NCBI GenBank assembly: GCA_016709145.1
Contig: JADJEK010000007.1
Location: 35,630 to 99,629, forward strand
Length of the DNA stretch: 64,000 bases
From: Planctomycetota bacterium
GTDB taxonomy: Bacteria; Planctomycetota; B15-G4; JADJEK01
Direction: 5' to 3'
This document shows positions 1-9,472 of this stretch, piece after piece. The position numbers and the translations under genes are program-made. Numbering within the stretch: position 1 is the stretch's first letter; each line of letters starts with the position of its first letter. Below the pieces are notes generated by a model, which saw only the letters and a list, made by a program, of their open reading frames with translations, did no database searches and was not told the origin of the DNA.

Positions 1-136
1 ACACCGTCGTCAGGCCGCCGCCGACCTTTTCCTTCGCGGTCAACACGACTTGCGCCGCTTTGACCATGGCGTCAGCCGCCTCGATCGCGCCGACGAGTCC
101 GCGCGTCTCGACCATTCCGAGAGCAATGTGGGCCAT
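1..136 (-). CDS. Bacterial microcompartment shell hexamer protein (BMC-H, EutM/PduA/CcmK family), N-terminal part, truncated by the window edge
   Basis: Not in the ORF track. Manual translation from ATG at 136 gives [45 protein letters not shown], matching the BMC-domain signature ALGMIETxG...[12 protein letters not shown]. Confidence 0.92.
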   Translation of the reverse strand, partial: MAHIALGMVETRGLVGAIEAADAMVKAAQVVLTAKEKVGGGLTTV

Positions 137-246
137 GGAGCCGTCCCTGAAAAAGAAGGCGGGAGTCTAGCAGCACGTCGACGTCGGATGGAGTCACCGG
201 CTGGAGAAGTCCGTGCGGCCCAGCGCCGCGCTCGCGGCCGAGCGGA

Positions 247-1377
247 TCAGGACTTGCCGGGCAGCGTCGGCGGCGGCAACGGGCTCGCGGCCCGCACGCC
301 GTCGACGAGGATCGGCGTCGCGATCCCGCGCTGCTTCGCGCCGTCGGCGTCCTCGAGCTCCACCACCGCGCGATGCAGGCGCCCCTCGCCTTGACCGAGC
401 AAGGCCTCGGCCACGCCGCGCACGGGTCCGGCCGGGACTCCGATCGCGTCGCAACGCTCGAGGATCGTCGCGCGCGTCAGCTCCGCGAACACGGCCGCCA
501 GCGCCGCGACCACGGCCATTCGGTCGGCGACGCGGCCGGGGTTCGTGGCCCAGGCCGGGTGCGCCGCGAACTCGCGCTGCAGCCCGAACGCATCGCACAG
601 TGCTCGGAACTGCGCGTCGTTGCCGACCGCGACCGCGAACGGCCCGTCGGCGGCCTCGAAGCTCTGGTACGGAACGATGTTCGGATGCGCGTTGCCGAAG
701 CGCCGCGCCTCGTTGCCGGTCATCAAGGTCGACGCGCCGACGTTGACGAGCCCCGCCAGCGCCGCTTCGTACAGCGGGACTTCGACGTGGGCGCCTGCGC
801 CGGTGCGGACGCGCTCGAGCAACGCGGCCTGGATGCCGTTCGCGAGGAACAAACCCGTCAGGACGTCGACCAGCGCGACGCCGACTTTCATCGGCGGGCC
901 GTCGACCGGACCGGTGATCGCCATCCAGCCCGACTCGGCTTGCATCAAGAAGTCGTAGCCGGCCCGCGATGCGGCCGTCGTGTCCGACGCGAACGCGCGG
1001 ATCGAGCCGATCACGAGCCGCGGATGGCGCGCGCGCAACTGCGCGGGCTCGAGCCCGTGCTTCGCCAGCGAACCGGGGCGGAAGTTCTCGACGTAGACGT
1101 CCGCGTTCGCGAGCAACGCGTGCAGGCGCGCTTGCCCCTCCGCGGTCGCGAGCTCGAGGACCTCGCTGCGCTTACCGCGGTTGCAACTGCGGAAGTACGC
1201 CGAGTCGCCGTGATCCCCGTGCTCGAACGGCGGTCCCCAAGACCGCGTCGCATCGCCGTCCTTCGGCTCGAGCTTCAGCACGTCCGCGCCGAGATCGGCG
1301 AGCACTTGCGTGCACAGCGGCCCCGCGAGGATGCGGGAGGCGTCGACGACCGTGATTCCGGCGAGCGGTGATCGCAT
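247..1377 (-). CDS. Family III CoA-transferase (CaiB/BaiF)
   Basis: Start trimmed to MRSPLAGITVVDASRILAGPLCTQVLADLGADVLKLE; also NRGKRS, ADVYVENFRPG, GYDFLMQAESG and the catalytic-Asp region VALVDVLTG. Confidence 0.93.
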   Translation of the reverse strand: MRSPLAGITVVDASRILAGPLCTQVLADLGADVLKLEPKDGDATRSWGPPFEHGDHGDSAYFRSCNRGKRSEVLELATAEGQARLHALLANADVYVENFRPGSLAKHGLEPAQLRARHPRLVIGSIRAFASDTTAASRAGYDFLMQAESGWMAITGPVDGPPMKVGVALVDVLTGLFLANGIQAALLERVRTGAGAHVEVPLYEAALAGLVNVGASTLMTGNEARRFGNAHPNIVPYQSFEAADGPFAVAVGNDAQFRALCDAFGLQREFAAHPAWATNPGRVADRMAVVAALAAVFAELTRATILERCDAIGVPAGPVRGVAEALLGQGEGRLHRAVVELEDADGAKQRGIATPILVDGVRAASPLPPPTLPGKS

Positions 1378-1391
1378 GCGGACTCGAGACC

Positions 1392-2642
1392 TCAGCGGCG
1401 TCGACGGCCGGTCGGTTCGCCATACGCGAAGCCGCCGCGATCGAACGAGTAGCCATCGAGCGCCGTCACGCGATGCGCGCCGACGTTCAGCACGACCGCG
1501 ACGCCGAGGAACGACGCGACCATCGACGACCCACCCGCCGACAAGAACGGCAAGGTCAAGCCCGTGACCGGCAGCAAGCCCGTCGCGACGCCGGTGTTGA
1601 TGAACGTCTGCGCGCCGAGCCACGTGCCGACACCGACGCACAGCAGGCGACCGAACGCGTCGCGCGTGCGGCCGGCGATCATGAAGATCAGCGTGATCAG
1701 CAGGTAGCTGAGCCACAGCACGATCGACGATCCGATGAAGCCCCACTCCTCGCCGATCACGGCGAAGATGAAGTCGTTGTGCCGCTCGGGCAGGAAGCCG
1801 AGCCGGTTGTGTTTGCCCTTGCCGATCCTCTGGCCCGTGAGTCCGCCCGAGCCGATCGAGATCATCGCGTGATAGACCTGGAAGTTGCTCTGCCGCTTGA
1901 TGACGGAGAGCTCCTGCTCGGCCCTGCGCGCGTTCCTGTGGTCGCCCGCGGCGCGGTAGGCCTGCGCTTCCGCGGTCTTCTCGGGGATCGACTCGAAGAA
2001 CGCGTCGATGCGCGCGCGCTGGTAGTCCTTCATGAACGGCGAGAAGTAGAAGCCGACACCGACGACACCGACGATCAGGAACAGCGTCAACAAGCGAGCG
2101 ATCGGCGCGCCGGCCACGAGCACCATCGCGATCAACACCGGCACCAACGTGATCGCGCCGCCGAGGTCGGGCTGCTTCGCGATCAGCAGCATCGGGATGC
2201 CGGCGAGCAGGAACGGCCCGAGTAGATCGCGCCAACGCGTCGGCGGACCACGGAAGCGCAGGAACGCCGCGAGCATCAGGATCACGGCGAGCTTCGTGAA
2301 CTCCGCGGGCTGCAGCGAGAAGCCGAGCGGCAATTGCACCCAGCCGCGCGTCTCTCGTCGTGCCGCGCCCCACACGAGCAGCGCGACCAACGTCAGCAAT
2401 GCGATGCCGTACGCGGGCACCGACATGCGCGCGAGCGACGGATACGGCACGCGCACGAGCACGGCGATCAGCGGCATCGACACGCCGATGTACGCGACCT
2501 GGCGCGCGACCAATGGGAAGCGGCCGGTCTCCTGACCGATCGTCGTCGACCACACGAACACGCAGCCGATCAACGAGAGCACGAGCGCGACCGCGAGGAC
2601 GTGCCAGTCGAACTCTTCGAAGCGTTCTTTGCGGCGCCGCAT
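1392..2642 (-). CDS. rodA: SEDS peptidoglycan glycosyltransferase RodA
   Basis: Multi-TM; QPAEFTK, KQPDLG, FLPERHNDFIFAVIGEEWGF, LPFLSAGGSS; directly downstream of PBP2. Confidence 0.93.
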   Translation of the reverse strand: MRRRKERFEEFDWHVLAVALVLSLIGCVFVWSTTIGQETGRFPLVARQVAYIGVSMPLIAVLVRVPYPSLARMSVPAYGIALLTLVALLVWGAARRETRGWVQLPLGFSLQPAEFTKLAVILMLAAFLRFRGPPTRWRDLLGPFLLAGIPMLLIAKQPDLGGAITLVPVLIAMVLVAGAPIARLLTLFLIVGVVGVGFYFSPFMKDYQRARIDAFFESIPEKTAEAQAYRAAGDHRNARRAEQELSVIKRQSNFQVYHAMISIGSGGLTGQRIGKGKHNRLGFLPERHNDFIFAVIGEEWGFIGSSIVLWLSYLLITLIFMIAGRTRDAFGRLLCVGVGTWLGAQTFINTGVATGLLPVTGLTLPFLSAGGSSMVASFLGVAVVLNVGAHRVTALDGYSFDRGGFAYGEPTGRRRR

Positions 2643-2645
2643 CGC

Positions 2646-5051
2646 TCAGCGCTCCTTGCGCGGATCGCGCGAAGCGCCGCTCTTCGGTTTCGAGTCCTTC
2701 GACGCTGCCTTTTTCGGACCGGTCGGCGGACCGGCCGGCGGTGCGACCGGATCCATGTCGAGGAACTCGAGCATCTCGGGTTGTTCGAGCAAGCGGTTGA
2801 ACAACGGCGCGGCGACGTCGCCGCCGTGCTCGCCGATGTTCTCGAGGAACACCGCGAACAGCAGCTTCGGTGCGTCGTGCGGCACGATGCCCGCGAACCA
2901 CGCGTGCGTCTTGTCGAGCGTACCGTCGGGCTTCGCGACCTGCGCGGTGCCGGTCTTGCCCGACACGCGATACGGCCGCAGATCGCGCAGCTCGTTGGGG
3001 TCGGGGCCCGCCGTGCCGCCTTGTTCGCAGACCAGCGTCATCGCGTGCGCGATCGTGTCGATCGTCGAACGCGACAGCCCGGCCGACTTCGGCGCTTCGC
3101 GCGGCGCCTTGGTCTCGCCGATGACGTCGATCAGGTACGGACGGACGACGTTGCCGCCGTTCGCGAACGGCGCGATCATCGCCGCGATCTGCAACGGTGT
3201 GGTGTCGTCGAACGTCGCTTGGCCGATCGCGCTGCGCATCGTGTTCGTGATGCTCTTCTTCTCGGTGTTCGTCAGCTTGATCGCGCAGTCGATCTCGCGC
3301 AGGCTCGTGCTCGGATCGGGCAGCTCGAGGAACTTCGGGTCACCGAATCCCGTCGCGCGCCCCAGACCAAGTCGCTTCGCCATCGCGACGATCGGCTCGA
3401 TGCCGACCGCTTCACCGAGCTTGTAGTAGTAGACGTTGCACGACTTCTGGAACGCGGTGTCGAGCGGCAGCGGTCCGTGGTGGAACAGACAGTTCAGGGT
3501 CGTGCGTCCACGCGTGATCGACTTCTCGCAGTCGAAGACGTGGCCGGTGCCGATCGTGTGCGCTTCGAGCGCGGCGGCCGTCGTGATGATCTTGAACACC
3601 GAGCCCGGCGCCGGCGGGTTCTTCGGCGATTGGTAGACGCGGTGGAACAGCGGCGCGCGCGGGTCTTTCGTCAGTTCGGCGTAGTCCTCGCGCAGTTGCT
3701 TGCGCGTCGGGCACGGCCACGTCGCCATCGCGCGGATCGCGCCATCGGTGGGATCGAGCAGCACGATCGCGCCGGGCCAGTTCTTCTTCGCGAGCACGCG
3801 CTCGGCCGCGGCTTGCAGACGCGAGTCGAGCGTGATGCGCACGTTCGCGCCGCGCAACGGCGGTTCGGAGCTGAGCAGCGTTTGGTCCTGCCCCGACGAA
3901 TCGGTCTCGACGTACCGCCAACCGCGCTTGCCGCGCAACTGCGATTCGAGCAACGCCTCGAGCCCGAGGCCGCCCATCTCCTCGTCGGGCAAGTAGTCCG
4001 TCTCGCGGATCATCGATCGCAAGCGATCGATCTCGAGCACGGTGTCCTGGTCCATCTGCTCGGGCGGCAAGCTCTGCAGCTGCAGCAAGCGCGCGCGACG
4101 TTCTTCGGTCTGCTTGACCAAGAACTCCGGCGGATCGTTGACCTTGCCGACCAGGATCGGGCAGATGTCTTCGGTCTCGGGCGGATAGAAGCGCCGCTCT
4201 TCGTCGTGGACTTCGAATCCTGCGTAGACATCGGGTGCCAAGTTCACGGCGAACACCGCGGAGAACTCGACGTCACGGAACAACTCGCGCGCGCGGTACT
4301 CGAGGTCGCGACGGATCAGCGCTTCTTGCTTCGCGCCAGGTTGGATCCCGCCGATCTCCATCGCGCGTAGGACTTCACCTTCGAGCTTCGCGATGACTTC
4401 GTCGACGCGCGCGATCAGCACGTCGTCGCCCTGTTCCGCGGTGCGTGCGAGCTCGGCCAACGCAGCGCGCTGCGCGGAGACGGCATCGACGATGCGCGCG
4501 AGCACGACCTCGCGATCCTCGCCGGTAATCGTGAAGTACGGCAGGTTCGGCGCGCTGCGCTCGCTCTTCGCCTTGGTGAACTGCGACTCGCTGCGCGCGA
4601 GCAGCCGACGCACGTAGAAGCCGTAGTCGCGCCGTAGTTGATTCGGCAACTCGGCGAGGTCGGTGTCGCTGCGCTCGAGCACGAGACGAGCCCACTCGAT
4701 CGGATTCGCGAGGATGGAAGAGACCGACGGCAAGCCATCGCGATACGCGGGCAGCAATCCGAGGATCCGGCTCGCGGCGCGGATCTGGCCGATCGGCGTG
4801 TTCTGTCGGAACGGGCCGTACGCGAACGACAACGTGTGCTGCGGTCGACTCACCGCGAGCGGACGTCCCCAACAATCGAGGAGATCGCCGCGCGCCGCGT
4901 TGACCGTGCGCACATCCGTGCGCGCTTCCAGCGCTTCCTTCTGCCAGAACTCGCGCGTGCGGAACTGCAAATGCACGAGACGAACTTCGACCGCAGCGAA
5001 CGCCGCGGCGAACACGATCATCAACAAACGCAACCGACCGAAGACCTGCAT
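2646..5051 (-). CDS. mrdA: Class B penicillin-binding protein PBP2, unusually long (801 aa)
   Basis: N-terminal TM; transpeptidase motifs SxxK (PGSVFK), SxN (SCN) and KTG (GKTGTAQ); lies between mreD and rodA. Confidence 0.9.
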   Translation of the reverse strand: MQVFGRLRLLMIVFAAAFAAVEVRLVHLQFRTREFWQKEALEARTDVRTVNAARGDLLDCWGRPLAVSRPQHTLSFAYGPFRQNTPIGQIRAASRILGLLPAYRDGLPSVSSILANPIEWARLVLERSDTDLAELPNQLRRDYGFYVRRLLARSESQFTKAKSERSAPNLPYFTITGEDREVVLARIVDAVSAQRAALAELARTAEQGDDVLIARVDEVIAKLEGEVLRAMEIGGIQPGAKQEALIRRDLEYRARELFRDVEFSAVFAVNLAPDVYAGFEVHDEERRFYPPETEDICPILVGKVNDPPEFLVKQTEERRARLLQLQSLPPEQMDQDTVLEIDRLRSMIRETDYLPDEEMGGLGLEALLESQLRGKRGWRYVETDSSGQDQTLLSSEPPLRGANVRITLDSRLQAAAERVLAKKNWPGAIVLLDPTDGAIRAMATWPCPTRKQLREDYAELTKDPRAPLFHRVYQSPKNPPAPGSVFKIITTAAALEAHTIGTGHVFDCEKSITRGRTTLNCLFHHGPLPLDTAFQKSCNVYYYKLGEAVGIEPIVAMAKRLGLGRATGFGDPKFLELPDPSTSLREIDCAIKLTNTEKKSITNTMRSAIGQATFDDTTPLQIAAMIAPFANGGNVVRPYLIDVIGETKAPREAPKSAGLSRSTIDTIAHAMTLVCEQGGTAGPDPNELRDLRPYRVSGKTGTAQVAKPDGTLDKTHAWFAGIVPHDAPKLLFAVFLENIGEHGGDVAAPLFNRLLEQPEMLEFLDMDPVAPPAGPPTGPKKAASKDSKPKSGASRDPRKER

Positions 5052-5117
5052 TCCCGCTCCACACCGACCGGGCAGCAGAGTAGCGAGAACGCCCGAGAAT
5101 CGAGCGTGGAAGCTGGT

Positions 5118-5588
5118 CTACGGCATCGCGCGGAACAGGCGCAGCAGCGCGAACACGGGCGGCGCGAGCAGCGTCGCCGACAGGGTCGCGAACGCGAGCT
5201 TCAGCAGGCTCGGGCTCGCGATCGCGATCGAGGCCGGCAGCGTCGCCGCCAAGCCCCACTTCAGGACGACGTAGACCGAGCCCGCAGCGAACGACAGCAC
5301 GACCTGGGTCGCCAACCGTTCACGGAACACGACGTCTCGGGCGAGGTCGACCATCCCGGCGAGCAGCAGGTACACGAGCAGTTGGACCCCGAGCGGGTCC
5401 GCATCCAACGAGCTGCGCAGCAACGCGACGACCGTGATCGCCCACGGCAGGGTCTCGCGCCGGGCGAACAGACCGACGTAGACGGCCAGGATCGGGCCGA
5501 GGTCGGGCGCGAGCGTGGTCAGACGTCCAAGCAGGCCTTGGACGAACAGCAGGAACGCGGTGAAGACGACGAACAGGACGAACCGCAC
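5118..5588 (-). CDS. mreD: Rod shape-determining protein MreD
   Basis: 156-aa hydrophobic multi-TM protein (PDLGPILAVYVGL) positioned between mreC and mrdA. Confidence 0.75.
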   Translation of the reverse strand: MRFVLFVVFTAFLLFVQGLLGRLTTLAPDLGPILAVYVGLFARRETLPWAITVVALLRSSLDADPLGVQLLVYLLLAGMVDLARDVVFRERLATQVVLSFAAGSVYVVLKWGLAATLPASIAIASPSLLKLAFATLSATLLAPPVFALLRLFRAMP

Positions 5589-5595
5589 CGCACCC

Positions 5596-6900
5596 TCACG
5601 GACCGAAGCCGCTACGCGGCTCGGCCGAACGACGCATCACCTCGACCGGCCGCCACGGCCGCTCCGGCGGACGTGACACTTCGAACGCATCTCCATCGCT
5701 GCGCATGACTTGGCCGACCAGGAGCCCGCGCGGGACATGCACTCCGCGGCCGGCTGTGACGACGATTTCGCCAGCACGCGGCGGCTCGCCGCCACCGAGG
5801 TAGCGGAACGCGCCGCCGTGCGGCATGCGCCGTTCCGACACGCAGACGATCGTCCGGCTGGACGCATCGCCGAGCACGAGGAACGTGTGCTCTTGGCCAG
5901 GATCGGTCACACCGCGCACCTTTGCTGCACCGAGCAGGGCCGCATCGACGAAGCCGAGCAAGATGTCGTCGGCGACCACCGGTGCTCCGCGTGGAGCCGC
6001 GCCCGCACCCGCGCCGGTCAGAGCCTCACCTTCGCGCCAGGCCGAGAGCTGGGCTGTGGGCAGCCGATCCAGCGTCGACACGCTGAAGTCCTCGTCGCCG
6101 ATCGTCTCGAACGGCCCCTCGTGGACGACGACGACCGCGTCGAGCAGGCGCGGGTCGAAGATCGGCCGCACGCAGTACGTCTGCAGGCCGGTCTTCGCCG
6201 TCTTCAAGTCGGCTTCCATGGTCCCGAAAAAGAACCCGGACGGAAGCAGTCCGGTCGACGCCGGAACCAAGTCGGACACGTCCGCGCTCTTCACGTCGAG
6301 CACGCGCGCGGTCGCAAGCCGCCCCTCGGCGCTCGAGACCGTGGCGAGCCACTCGTCGCGGGCCTCGCCGATGGTCACGAAGCGGATGCGCGGATCGTCG
6401 GGCTCGCCCGCGCCACACTCGGCGGCGAACCGCGCGCGCGGCGTCCACGGAGTCTTGACGACCGCGAACGGACCGTCGACCTCGTCGACCATGCCGACGG
6501 CTTGATTGCCGGCCAACACGGCGTCGCCCGGCGACGCTCGCACGTGATTCCCGGTATCGATCAGGAGCTGGCGCGAACGCGGATCGACGGAGACCACGCG
6601 CGCGAGCGCGAACGAACGCTTGCCGGGCAGCATCGCCGCGCCGTCGGACAATGCAGCATCGCGCTCCGCGATCCGATCGCGCGCGGAGTCGACCAACGCG
6701 CGCACGACTTCGTCCCCGCCCGGCAGGTTCGGCTCGTTGGCGAGCCGTCGTTCGCGCACTTCGCGCAACGCCCAAGCGAACGGTCGGTACGCATGCAGAG
6801 CGACGACATCGAGATCGCGCACGAGGCTCGGCGCGACCGGCGTCAGCGAGAGGACGGCGAAACCCGCGACGAGCAGTGCGGCCGGAAAACGAGCGCTCAA
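5596..6900 (-). CDS. mreC: MreC-like protein with two tandem MreC beta-domains
   Basis: N-terminal hydrophobic anchor; ARVVSVDPRSRQLLIDTG...GDAVLAGNQAVGMVDEV and a second copy GAPVVADDILLGFVD...GEIVVTAGRGVHVPRGLLVGQV; lies between mreB and mreD. The TTG start is uncertain. Confidence 0.75.
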   Translation of the reverse strand: MSARFPAALLVAGFAVLSLTPVAPSLVRDLDVVALHAYRPFAWALREVRERRLANEPNLPGGDEVVRALVDSARDRIAERDAALSDGAAMLPGKRSFALARVVSVDPRSRQLLIDTGNHVRASPGDAVLAGNQAVGMVDEVDGPFAVVKTPWTPRARFAAECGAGEPDDPRIRFVTIGEARDEWLATVSSAEGRLATARVLDVKSADVSDLVPASTGLLPSGFFFGTMEADLKTAKTGLQTYCVRPIFDPRLLDAVVVVHEGPFETIGDEDFSVSTLDRLPTAQLSAWREGEALTGAGAGAAPRGAPVVADDILLGFVDAALLGAAKVRGVTDPGQEHTFLVLGDASSRTIVCVSERRMPHGGAFRYLGGGEPPRAGEIVVTAGRGVHVPRGLLVGQVMRSDGDAFEVSRPPERPWRPVEVMRRSAEPRSGFGP

Positions 6901-6991
6901 GTGAGGTTCCCTCGCGATGGGCGGCTACCACCGCCTCGCAACACCTGAGGATGGCCGAGAACGCGAGTCAACCGGGATGATCCGCGGTCCG

Positions 6992-8047
6992 TCAGAGTTC
7001 CTCGCCCGTCTCGAGCACCTTCGAGTACAGCTCGAGTTCGTTCAGGAACGCACCGGTTCCACGCGCGACGCACGTCAGCGGTTCGTCCGACACGCGGACC
7101 GGGAGCTGGATCTCTTCCTCGATCGCGCGCGCGAGTCCGCGCAAGAGCGCGCCGCCGCCGCACAGCGTGATGCCGGTGTGAACGAGGTCGGCGGAGAGTT
7201 CGGGAGGCGTCTGCTCGAGGCAGTTGCGGATGGCTTCGATGATCTTGCGCACCGGCTCCGACAACGCTTCGCGCGCCTCTTCGGACCGCACCACGACCTT
7301 GCGCGGCAATCCGGCGGCCAGGTCGCGACCGGCGACCTCCATCTCCTTCTCCTCGCGCAGCGGATACGCCGAACCGATGCTCATCTTGACGTGCTCGGCC
7401 GTGAGCTCGCCGATGAGCAAGTTGTAGTTCTTGCGCATGTAGTTGATGATCGCCTCGTCCATCGCGTCGCCCGCGACGCGCAGCGACTCCGACGTCACGA
7501 TGCCGAACAGCGAGATCACTGCGACCTCGGTCGTGCCGCCGCCGATGTCGACGACCATCGACGCCGTCGGCTCCGCGATCGGAAGGCCCGCACCGATGCC
7601 GGCCGCGATCGGCTCGAGCACGAGGTAGACCTGACGCGCACCCGCGCGCTCGGCCGAATTGATCACGGCGCGCTTCTCGACCGCGGTGATGCCGGACGGG
7701 ATCGCGATGATCACGCGCGGCCGCACGAGATAGCTGCGGTTGTGGACCTTGCGGATGAAGTAGCGGAGCATCTTCTCCGTCACTTCGAAGTCCGCGATGA
7801 CGCCGTTCTTCAGCGGCCGGATCGCGACGATGTTGCCCGGCACGCGGCCGAGCATCTCCTTCGCTTGCAAGCCGACGGCGTTACCGTCGAGAAGAACCTC
7901 GTTGGTGCCCTTCTTGACCGCGACGACCGAGGGCTCCGAGAGGATGATCCCCTCGCCCTGCACGCACACGAGCGTGTTGGCGGTGCCGAGGTCGATACCC
8001 ATGTCGGTCGAAAAACGACCGATCAACCACTCCAGCGGACGAAACAT
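6992..8047 (-). CDS. mreB: Actin-like rod shape protein MreB
   Basis: [48 protein letters not shown]; start trimmed to ATG 8047. Confidence 0.97.
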   Translation of the reverse strand: MFRPLEWLIGRFSTDMGIDLGTANTLVCVQGEGIILSEPSVVAVKKGTNEVLLDGNAVGLQAKEMLGRVPGNIVAIRPLKNGVIADFEVTEKMLRYFIRKVHNRSYLVRPRVIIAIPSGITAVEKRAVINSAERAGARQVYLVLEPIAAGIGAGLPIAEPTASMVVDIGGGTTEVAVISLFGIVTSESLRVAGDAMDEAIINYMRKNYNLLIGELTAEHVKMSIGSAYPLREEKEMEVAGRDLAAGLPRKVVVRSEEAREALSEPVRKIIEAIRNCLEQTPPELSADLVHTGITLCGGGALLRGLARAIEEEIQLPVRVSDEPLTCVARGTGAFLNELELYSKVLETGEEL

Positions 8048-8213
8048 CCGACCGTTCACGAACCATTCCTCGCGTCGATGCAGTTTCGCGTCCACGCCCC
8101 GCGACGCGTCGCGTCGCACGAGCCGGGTCCCGGGGCGACAACGGTACAAAACAGCAACGCTCCCCGCACCTGTCGAGTGCAGAGGAGCGTCGCGGTGTCC
8201 GAGTCGATTGGAA

Positions 8214-8402
8214 TCAGCCCTTGAACGGGCCGACGCCGTAATGCTTGCCGAGCTCGAGCAGCCCGAGCACGATTCCGAACACGAGCGCGATGGCGGTGAC
8301 CAGGACGATCCCGGTCTCCAGCGAGCCCTTGTCGTTGCCGGTCTCTTCTTCGTCGATCTCTTCGATCGCTGCGGGAGCGGTCTTGCGCTTCGATGCGGCC
8401 AT
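8214..8402 (-). CDS. 62-aa single-pass membrane protein (acidic N-terminus, one TM)
   Basis: EEIDEEETG followed by [18 protein letters not shown]; co-directional with the flanking genes. Confidence 0.7.
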   Translation of the reverse strand: MAASKRKTAPAAIEEIDEEETGNDKGSLETGIVLVTAIALVFGIVLGLLELGKHYGVGPFKG

Positions 8403-8431
8403 GTCGTGGTCTCCGTTCAGCTACCGCGCGC

Positions 8432-9274
8432 TCACAGGCGCGTGGTGGCCTTGTCCATCACCGCGATCGCGTCCGCACCGCGCACGATGCGCGCCGCGCA
8501 ATTGTCGGGGTAGACGTCGTCGACGACGACCTGACCCTTGTACGTGTTGTTCGCGTAGACCTCGAACTTCGTGCCGCGCTTGACACCGTCATCGGCGCCG
8601 ACCGACAGCACGACGAGGTTCAGGTCGCGATTCACGCGCTTCACCACACCGTCGATTTGCGGTGCGGCGGCGACCTTGGCGACGTCGAAGCCCATCTGGA
8701 CCGCGGCTTCGATCTGCGCCGAGAGGTCGTTCTTCACGCCCTCGAGGTCCGCGATCTGCGCCGCCATCTGCTCGATCTTGGCCGACATCGACTTCACCTG
8801 CGATTCCAGGCGGGTCTTGTCGTCCTCGGCGGCGCGACGCGCGTCCTCGGCCTCGACCTTGGCGGCCAACGCGTCGTCCTTCTGCTTCGACATCGAGCTG
8901 AGTTCCTTGCGGAGCTCGTCGAGCGTCGTGGTGAAACCGCCGTACGAACCCTCGAGCTTCGACACCGACGCACGCAGGTCGTCGTTGTCCTTCTTGAGGT
9001 TCTGGCCTTCACGCTCGAGGCTGTCGTTGCGCGCCTTCAAGTCGGAGATGTCGTTCTCCTTCTTGGCGATCTCGGCCTTGTGGGCCTGGATCTCGGCGTC
9101 CTTGTCCGAACGCTCCTGGGCCCAGTCCGTCTTCGCCTTGGTGTGAGCGGTCTGCTCGGCGGTGAACTTGGCTTTGTACTCGTCGCTCTTTTGCAAGATG
9201 GCGCCGACGACGCCGAGCACGACGAGCGAGAAGACGAGATTGAGAACTGCGAACAGTTTGCCGATGCCGCTCAT
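8432..9274 (-). CDS. Membrane-anchored coiled-coil protein with C-terminal small beta-barrel (MreC/FlgT_C-like)
   Basis: N-terminal TM, about 170 aa of heptad-rich sequence, then DGVVKRVNRDLNLVVLSVGADDGVKRGTKFEV; GAGGAA RBS upstream of ATG 9274. Confidence 0.8.
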   Translation of the reverse strand: MSGIGKLFAVLNLVFSLVVLGVVGAILQKSDEYKAKFTAEQTAHTKAKTDWAQERSDKDAEIQAHKAEIAKKENDISDLKARNDSLEREGQNLKKDNDDLRASVSKLEGSYGGFTTTLDELRKELSSMSKQKDDALAAKVEAEDARRAAEDDKTRLESQVKSMSAKIEQMAAQIADLEGVKNDLSAQIEAAVQMGFDVAKVAAAPQIDGVVKRVNRDLNLVVLSVGADDGVKRGTKFEVYANNTYKGQVVVDDVYPDNCAARIVRGADAIAVMDKATTRL

Positions 9275-9407
9275 CAACAGTTCCTCGTGGGAAGGAGGTT
9301 AGTCCGCGGCGTGCTGCCACGGGAAAGAGACGTCGCGAACTGGGCGCCCCCGATGGAGCCGGACAGACGGAACCAGTCAGCGCGGACGGGCTCTAATTGG
9401 GGGCGGG

Positions 9408-9435
9408 ATCTTAGGTTCGAAGTCGGGGTGGTCAA
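9408..9435 (-). promoter_or_regulatory. sigma70-type promoter TTGACC-N16-TAAGAT
   Basis: Reverse complement of ggtcaa (9430-9435) and atctta (9408-9413); points toward the coiled-coil gene and the mre cluster. Confidence 0.6.
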
Positions 9436-9472
9436 ACCAAAAACAGACCACCCGGCCTCGCATCCGCCGGCT

